DNA of 64,000 nt, taken from positions 20,827 through 84,826 of the forward strand of contig DATBCD010000025.1 in NCBI GenBank assembly GCA_036270655.1. The letters are read 5' to 3'. Shown piece by piece: positions 58,401 to 64,000 of the stretch. The DNA is from Burkholderiaceae bacterium (GTDB lineage: Bacteria; Pseudomonadota; Gammaproteobacteria; Burkholderiales; Burkholderiaceae_F). Every line of letters begins with the position of its first letter. Position 1 is the first letter of the stretch. The notes beneath the pieces are model-generated. The model was not told the DNA's origin, did not search any database, and was given only the letters and a program-made list of their open reading frames with translations. Both the position numbers and the translations under genes were made by a program.

Positions 58401-60497
58401 ATGTTTCGAACCTTGCTGATCGCCAACCGGGGCGAGATCTGCTGCCGGGTGGCGGCCACCGCGCGCCGCCTCGGAGTCAGGACGGTGGCCGTCTATTCGG
58501 ACGCCGACGCCGCCTCGGCCCATGTGGCCGCCTGCGATGAAGCGATCCGGGTCGGAGGGCCGGCCGCCTCCGACAGCTACCTGAGGATCGACCGGATCGT
58601 GGCCGCGGCGCGTGCCAGCGGTGCCGACGCGATCCACCCGGGTTACGGCTTTCTGTCCGAAAGCGCCGCTTTCGCCACGGCGTGCGGGGATGCGGGCCTG
58701 ACTTTCGTTGGACCGCCGGCGCGCGCGATCGAGGCGATGGGCGACAAGCGGCAGGCCAAGCAGCTGATGCGGGCTGCCTCGGTTCCGCTGATTCCCGGCT
58801 ACGACGGCCAGGACGATAGCGTGGCGACGCTGCGCTCGGAGGCTGCGCGGATCGGCTTTCCGGTGCTGATCAAGGCAGCCCTGGGAGGAGGCGGACGCGG
58901 CATCCGGGTCGTGACGGCGCCTGACGAGTTCGAGGCGGCGCTGGCGTCATGCCGGCGCGAAGCGCTGGCGGCCTTCGGCAACGATCGGGTGCTGCTGGAG
59001 CGCTATCTGCCCGACCCCCGTCACGTCGAGATCCAGGTGTTCGCCGACCAGCACGGCGGCTGCATCTGGCTGGGCGAGCGCGACTGCTCGGCCCAGCGGC
59101 GCCACCAGAAAGTCGTCGAAGAGTCGCCCGCGCCGGGCCTTGCGCCGGAGGTGCGCCTGCAGATGGGGCAGGCAGCGGTGACCGCCGCGCGGGCGGTCGG
59201 ATACACCGGCGCCGGCACCGTGGAGTTTCTCGTGACAGCGGGCGGCCAGTTCTACTTCATGGAGATGAACACGAGGCTGCAGGTCGAGCATCCGGTCACC
59301 GAAATGGTTACCGGCCTGGACCTGGTCGAATGGCAACTGAGGGTCGCGGCGGGCGAGCCGTTGCCCCTGCAGCAGGACCAGGTGCGACTGCGCGGCCACT
59401 CGATCGAGGCGCGCATCTACGCCGAGGATCCGGATCGCGACTTCGTACCGGCCACCGGGCAGGTCCATTACCTGGGGCTGCCGCCCCATGTCGCCTTCGC
59501 CATCAGGGCCGGCGGCGCCGATGGCGGGGAGCCGGCCCCGGTGCGAATCGACGGGTCGGTCCGGGCCGGCGACCGGGTCACACCGTACTACGATGCGATG
59601 ATCGCCAAGGTGATCGTCTGGGGCATCGATCGCGAACAGGCGCTGGCCAGGATGCGCGAGGCGCTCCAGCAGACGATTCTGGTTGGATTGACCAGCAACG
59701 TCGAATTCCTGGTCCGCCTGGTCCGCAATGCGGACTTTTCGAGCGGGCGGGTCGACACCGGGCTGATCGGCCGTGAAATGCCCAGCCTCACCGATCCAGG
59801 CGATCCGTTCGAGCCGCATCTGGTGGCAGCGGCGCTGGCGCATGTTCTGGTCGAGGAAGCGCGCGCTCAGAGCGCCGACCCATGGTCGAACCGGCAGGGC
59901 TGGCGCCTGAACGGGATCGCCGCCCGACGCGTCTGGCTGCGTTGCGGCGCGGCTTCGCACGAAGCGACGATCGAGTACCTTGCGCAAGGGCCGCTTCTGG
60001 CGTCCGGAGCCTGGCGGTCCCCGCTCGCGATCGATGCAAGCGAGGGCGCGCGGCTCCGGTTGCGGCTGGGCGAGCAGGTTATGGCGGCTGACGTCGTGCG
60101 GGACGGCGACGTGCTCCACGTATTCGCCGGCGCAGTCCACCGGGCCTTCGCTCTGGTCGATCCGGTCGGTGCCGCCGGCGAGGCCGACCAGGACGAGGAC
60201 CGGCTATGCGCCCCGATGCCGGGCAAGATCATTGCGATTCACGCATCGGCCGGCGACCGCGTGCGGCGGGGCCAGTTGCTGCTCGTGATGGAGGCGATGA
60301 AAATGGAACACTCGATCGTGGCTCCGCACGACGGCGTGCTCGAGCAGCTGCGCTATCGCGTCGGCGACCAGGTCGAGGAAGGTGCAACGCTGGTGGCGCT
60401 GCGCGCGGCTGATGAAATTCCCCTCTCCCGCGCGGGCGGCGGGGCTGATGAGACTCCCCTCTCCCGCGCAGCGGGACAGGGGCGGGGGAGAGGGTGA
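58401..60497 (+). CDS. liuD: methylcrotonyl-CoA carboxylase alpha subunit (biotin carboxylase + BCCP)
   Basis: MFRTLLIANRGEICCRV, ATP-grasp, biotinyl motif EAMKME. The last 29 codons (from 60408) and the TGA stop are REP-element sequence. Confidence 0.88.
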   Translation: MFRTLLIANRGEICCRVAATARRLGVRTVAVYSDADAASAHVAACDEAIRVGGPAASDSYLRIDRIVAAARASGADAIHPGYGFLSESAAFATACGDAGLTFVGPPARAIEAMGDKRQAKQLMRAASVPLIPGYDGQDDSVATLRSEAARIGFPVLIKAALGGGGRGIRVVTAPDEFEAALASCRREALAAFGNDRVLLERYLPDPRHVEIQVFADQHGGCIWLGERDCSAQRRHQKVVEESPAPGLAPEVRLQMGQAAVTAARAVGYTGAGTVEFLVTAGGQFYFMEMNTRLQVEHPVTEMVTGLDLVEWQLRVAAGEPLPLQQDQVRLRGHSIEARIYAEDPDRDFVPATGQVHYLGLPPHVAFAIRAGGADGGEPAPVRIDGSVRAGDRVTPYYDAMIAKVIVWGIDREQALARMREALQQTILVGLTSNVEFLVRLVRNADFSSGRVDTGLIGREMPSLTDPGDPFEPHLVAAALAHVLVEEARAQSADPWSNRQGWRLNGIAARRVWLRCGAASHEATIEYLAQGPLLASGAWRSPLAIDASEGARLRLRLGEQVMAADVVRDGDVLHVFAGAVHRAFALVDPVGAAGEADQDEDRLCAPMPGKIIAIHASAGDRVRRGQLLLVMEAMKMEHSIVAPHDGVLEQLRYRVGDQVEEGATLVALRAADEIPLSRAGGGADETPLSRAAGQGRGRG
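60408..60497 (+). repeat. REP-like element with in-frame 36-nt partial tandem duplication
   Basis: GCTGATGAAATTCCCCTCTCCCGCGC (60408-60433) repeats as GCTGATGAGACTCCCCTCTCCCGCGC (60444-60469). This is followed by AGCGGGACAGGGGCGGGGGAGAGGGTGA. Confidence 0.75.
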
Positions 60498-61417
60498 CGG
60501 TGAGCTCGAGCTTCCCAACCCGCGTAACGCTGGTCGACGTCGGCCCGCGCGACGGGCTGCAGAACGAGTCGCGGCAGGTCGCGACGCCGGTGAAGATCGA
60601 GCTGATCGAGCGCCTGGTGCAGGCCGGTATCCGCAAGGTCGAGGCGGCCGCTTTCGTCTCTCCCAAATGGGTGCCCCAGATGGCGGACAGTGCCGAAGTC
60701 ATGGCCCGCCTGACCCGCCGCCCGGGCACCGTGTACGCGGCGCTGGTTCCGAACCTGAAGGGCTTCGAGGCCGCGCTGGCGGCGCGCGCGGACGAGATCG
60801 TGGTGTTCTCGGCCGCGAGCGAAACATTCTGCCGGATGAACATCAACTGCTCGATCGCCGAGTCGATCGAGCGCTTCGCCCCGGTGTGCCAGGCTGCCCG
60901 CAGCGCCGGCATCGCCGTGCGCGGCTCGATTTCCTGCTCGCTCGGCTGCCCGTACGAGGGGCCGGTTCGCCCGCAGGCGGTCGCGCGCGTGGCCCGGCTG
61001 ATGAAGGACATCGGCGTGCAGCAGCTCGGGGTCGCCGACACGATCGGTGTCGGCACGCCGCGCGCGACCCAGGCCGCGTTCGAGGCGGTGCTCGCCGTGT
61101 ATCCGCTGCAGGACGTGAGCGGCCATTTTCACGACACCTACGGCCAGGCGCTGGCCAACGTCTACGCGTGCCTGCAGATGGGCATATCCACCTTCGACGC
61201 CAGCGTGGCGGGGCTGGGCGGCTGCCCGTTCGCCCGCGGGGCCACGGGCAACGTCGCCACCGAAGATGTGCTGTACCTGTTGAACGGGCTGAGCATCGAA
61301 ACCGGCGTCGATCTGGACCCACTGGTACAGATTGGCCAGTGGATCAGCGGCGTGCTCGACCGCAAGGCGGCCACGCGCGCCGGCAACGCGATCAGCGCGC
61401 GGGCCAGCGCCAAATAG
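60494..61417 (+). CDS. liuE: hydroxymethylglutaryl-CoA lyase
   Basis: VTLVDVGPRDGLQNE, GHFHDTYGQALANV, GLGGCPFA. GTG 60494 (GTGA overlap) or, more likely, GTG 60500 behind the REP-derived GGGGGAGAGGG. Confidence 0.88.
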   Translation: MTVSSSFPTRVTLVDVGPRDGLQNESRQVATPVKIELIERLVQAGIRKVEAAAFVSPKWVPQMADSAEVMARLTRRPGTVYAALVPNLKGFEAALAARADEIVVFSAASETFCRMNINCSIAESIERFAPVCQAARSAGIAVRGSISCSLGCPYEGPVRPQAVARVARLMKDIGVQQLGVADTIGVGTPRATQAAFEAVLAVYPLQDVSGHFHDTYGQALANVYACLQMGISTFDASVAGLGGCPFARGATGNVATEDVLYLLNGLSIETGVDLDPLVQIGQWISGVLDRKAATRAGNAISARASAK

Positions 61418-61443
61418 CGGGGCGATCTTCAATGGAGCGGATC

Positions 61444-61737
61444 ATGAAGCTTCCAATGGCGCTGTCGCGGCCAAGCGGATTTCTTCCCATTATCATGTCG
61501 GGTGCCGCGCTCCTGGCAGTCCTGACACACGTTGCGATCTTCGGCGTTGCGCGCGAGGCCGACGAGGGAGCTGCGGCCCACCTCTGGCAGATTCTCATGG
61601 CGGGACAGTTGCCGATCGTGGTTTTCTTCGCAATTCGGTGGTTACGAAAGGATCTGCGAGGAACGCTTGTCGTGTTGGGATTGCAGACGCTGGCGATTGT
61701 CGCAGCGATATCGCCCGTCCTTGTGCTGGGACTGTAG
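61444..61737 (+). CDS. hypothetical small 3-TM membrane protein
   Basis: GGAGC 4 nt upstream of ATG 61444 (alternative ATG 61432). Hydrophobic segments. Confidence 0.55.
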   Translation: MKLPMALSRPSGFLPIIMSGAALLAVLTHVAIFGVAREADEGAAAHLWQILMAGQLPIVVFFAIRWLRKDLRGTLVVLGLQTLAIVAAISPVLVLGL

Positions 61738-62162
61738 TGAGCCCCGATCTTCGACCCGGCATCACCTACCGCCTGCAGTACACGGTTCCGGACACGAAGA
61801 CCGTGCCGCACGTCTATCGCGAATTCGGCGAGTTCCAGCAGATGCCCGAGGTGTTCGCGACCGGCTTCATGGTCGCCCTGGTCGAGCAGGCCTGCCTGCT
61901 GGCCGTGAAGCCCTACCTGGACTGGCCCACCGAGCAGACGGTCGGAACGCACGTGAACCTGTCGCACCTGGCTGCGACCCCTCCGGGCCACCTGATCACC
62001 GTCGAATGCGAAGTGACCGGGGTCGAGGGGCGGCGTATCCGCTTTCGCGCCAGCGCGCGTGACGAAAACGACCTGATCTCCGAGGGCACCCACGAACGCA
62101 CCGTGATCGACTTCGAACGCTTCAACCGGCGCCTGGAGTCGAAGAAGAAGCCCGGGACATGA
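61737..62162 (+). CDS. hotdog-fold thioesterase (fluoroacetyl-CoA-thioesterase-like)
   Basis: GTG 61737 (TAGTG overlap). FATGFMVALVEQACL...TVGTHVNLSHLAATPPG...GRRIRFRASARDE...GTHERTVI. Confidence 0.7.
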   Translation: MSPDLRPGITYRLQYTVPDTKTVPHVYREFGEFQQMPEVFATGFMVALVEQACLLAVKPYLDWPTEQTVGTHVNLSHLAATPPGHLITVECEVTGVEGRRIRFRASARDENDLISEGTHERTVIDFERFNRRLESKKKPGT

Positions 62163-62404
62163 CCGCCGACCGGCACGACACGGCGGCAGACGCCGGCCCC
62201 GAGTCGCTGACCCCGGTGCCGTCGCCGTGCAACTCGGTGTGCCGGATGGATGCGGACGGCGTCTATTGCGTCGGATGTCTGCGGACGCTGGACGAGATCG
62301 CCGGCTGGGCCGGCTTCGACGACGAACGGCGGCGCCTGATCTGGAGGGAGCTGCGCCGGCGCCGGGCGCAAGCCGCGCAATCGCCATGCGGGCCCAGTCG
62401 TTGA
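62159..62404 (+). CDS. DUF1289 domain protein (Cys-rich)
   Basis: ATGA overlap. SPCNSVCRMDADGVYCVGCLRTLDEIAGW. Confidence 0.7.
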   Translation: MTADRHDTAADAGPESLTPVPSPCNSVCRMDADGVYCVGCLRTLDEIAGWAGFDDERRRLIWRELRRRRAQAAQSPCGPSR

Positions 62405-63360
62405 ATCGGGTCGAGCGCGCCGACGCGCTGGCGGGAGCGCTGCCGCCCGGCGTGCATGTGCTCGAGCGCGGCTGGTTGTCCTCGAACAGCGTGCTGTTCG
62501 AGGAGGGCGACCGCCTGTCCGTGGTCGATACCGGCTACGTGCTGCACGCGCGCCAGACTGCTGCGCTGATCGATCGCGTGGGGCGCGGGCGGCCCCTGGC
62601 CCGCATCATCAACACGCACCTGCACTCCGACCACGTGGGTGGCAACGCCCGATTGGCGCGTGGTGGCGCCGTGTCGATCCAGATCCCGGCCGGTGCGGCC
62701 GATGCGGTACGCGCGTGGGACGTCGAGCGCCTGGGCTATCGAGCGACCGCGCAACGCTGCCCGCGGTTCGGATTCGATCGCGTGCTGCGCTCCGGCGATG
62801 AATTGGAGCTCGGTGGCCGTGGCTGGCAGGTGCTGGCCGCAGCCGGCCACGATCCCCACATGCTGATGCTGTACGAGTCGGATCGGCGCATCCTGGTATC
62901 GGCCGACGCGCTGTGGGCAAACGGATTCGGAGCGATATTTCCGGAAATCGAAGGCGACGGCGGATTCGTGGAGCAGCGCGCTTCGCTCGACCTGATCGGG
63001 CGACTGCAGCCCCTGCTGGTGATCCCGGGGCACGGGCCGCCGTTTCGCCAGGTCGCGGCCGCGCTGCAGCGTGCTTACCGGCGTCTGGACGCGTTGCAGT
63101 CGAGCCCGCCGCGCAACGCACGGCAGGTTCTGAAGGTGCTGGTCAAATTCTGGCTGCTGCAGGTTGGCCAGGCGCCACTGACCCGGCTGATCGGGCATTT
63201 CGGCCCGTCGCGATATGCTCGCATCGTGCACCAACGCTATTTCGCGGATCTGACCTTCGAGCAGATGCTCGAGCAAACCGTCTGGCAACTGTGTGCCGCC
63301 GGCGCCGCCGCGCTGGACGGCTCGAAGGTGAGAAACGTCGATGGCGCCGATACGCCCTGA
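62386..63360 (+). CDS. MBL-fold metallo-hydrolase
   Basis: Start trimmed to ATG 62386. INTHLHSDHVGGN (HxHxDH), ...AAGHDPHM..., ...IPGHGP. Confidence 0.8.
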   Translation: MRAQSLNRVERADALAGALPPGVHVLERGWLSSNSVLFEEGDRLSVVDTGYVLHARQTAALIDRVGRGRPLARIINTHLHSDHVGGNARLARGGAVSIQIPAGAADAVRAWDVERLGYRATAQRCPRFGFDRVLRSGDELELGGRGWQVLAAAGHDPHMLMLYESDRRILVSADALWANGFGAIFPEIEGDGGFVEQRASLDLIGRLQPLLVIPGHGPPFRQVAAALQRAYRRLDALQSSPPRNARQVLKVLVKFWLLQVGQAPLTRLIGHFGPSRYARIVHQRYFADLTFEQMLEQTVWQLCAAGAAALDGSKVRNVDGADTP

Positions 63361-63970
63361 GCCCGGTCGACGCGGGCTTTGCTCCGCAGCAGCCCTGCTG
63401 CTGGTGGCCGCCTGCGCCAGCAGGCCTTCGACCGTGGCGGGGCCTGCCGCCGCTGGCGCCCCTGCCGCGTCGCCGGAGGCCGCGGGTGCGCCGCCTGTGG
63501 TGCTTCCGGAGACGCCCGAGCGCCCGTCGCTGGGCCTTTTCAGCCGGATCAGGGCACCCAGCGAGGTCGAGCCGATTCTCGAATTGGCCGCAAGCGGCGT
63601 GCAGATCTTCCGCTGCGAACCGGACAAGGAAGGCTTTCATTGGGTGTTCCGGCTTCCCGAGGCCGAATTGCGCGACGCGCACGGACGCGTCGTCGCCCAT
63701 CACGGGGCCAACTATTCGTTCGAGCATGTCGACGGCAGCCGCCTGATCGGCACCATCGTTGGCTACGACTCGGCCCCGGCCAGCAATTCGGTGCACTGGT
63801 TGCTGTTGCGCACCCAGTCGTACGGCCAGGGTGAATTCGAGAAGGTGAGCTACGTGCAGCGCGTGGACACGTCGGGAGGCGTACCGCCGGAGCAGTGCTC
63901 GGCAGACCAGGTCAACCAGGTCCTTCGCGTGCCCTTTTCAGCCAAGTTCATTTTTTATCGCCCGCGCTGA
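63341..63970 (+). CDS. DUF3455 domain lipoprotein
   Basis: Lipobox LLLVAAC. GVQIFRCEPDKEGFHWVFRLPEAELRD..G..VAHH...DGSRLIG matches the DUF3455 pattern. Confidence 0.65.
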   Translation: MAPIRPEPGRRGLCSAAALLLVAACASRPSTVAGPAAAGAPAASPEAAGAPPVVLPETPERPSLGLFSRIRAPSEVEPILELAASGVQIFRCEPDKEGFHWVFRLPEAELRDAHGRVVAHHGANYSFEHVDGSRLIGTIVGYDSAPASNSVHWLLLRTQSYGQGEFEKVSYVQRVDTSGGVPPEQCSADQVNQVLRVPFSAKFIFYRPR

Positions 63971-64000
63971 GCCCCGCGCGATGCCACGCCGGACCGCCCC

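Overview
High-GC, gene-dense chromosomal segment. Gene content and synteny (ptsP-like/metXW/ampG, argS-SPOR-dsbA, five-step hut pathway, liu genes) look like a Burkholderiales-type betaproteobacterium. I call about 60 protein-coding genes by recognising motifs in the supplied translations, since no database search was possible. I found no rRNA, tRNA, CRISPR array, transposase, integrase or recognisable defence or toxin module, so this reads as core genome rather than an accessory island. The main blocks are: (i) PTS enzyme I 3' end, metX-metW, ampG, xthA, pyrE; (ii) an uncharacterised envelope block (small TM protein, lipase-maturation-factor homologue, secreted DUF4139 protein, 109-aa ORF); (iii) divergent hutIGF / hutUH operons; (iv) two outer-membrane proteins, an NRAMP importer, and a divergent HME-type RND efflux operon that runs on into an enoyl-CoA hydratase and an outer-membrane channel; (v) DUF3108, PhaM-like; (vi) a CarH/LitR-type B12 photoreceptor regulator divergent from folE2, followed by a tightly coupled diiron (acyl-ACP-desaturase-like) / asparaginase-II-like / permease trio; (vii) argS-SPOR-dsbA housekeeping block, metC; (viii) a roughly 17-kb co-directional array holding the leucine-catabolic liuA-E genes, interrupted by aceK, a five-gene SDR/methyltransferase/isomerase/MFS cassette and a modular extracellular PHB depolymerase. 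The main non-genic signal is a REP-like palindromic element family with four loci. At three loci it sits exactly on gene boundaries and supplies stop codons, translated C-terminal tails and Shine-Dalgarno-like sequence. I cannot point to a clearly novel system. The best candidates for follow-up are the CarH-linked folE2/diiron/amidohydrolase/permease locus, the LMF/DUF4139 envelope module, the SD-driven upstream ORF coupled to the NRAMP gene, and the REP elements embedded in coding 3' ends. Many long ORFs in the track are antisense or out-of-frame artefacts of the high GC content and were discarded.
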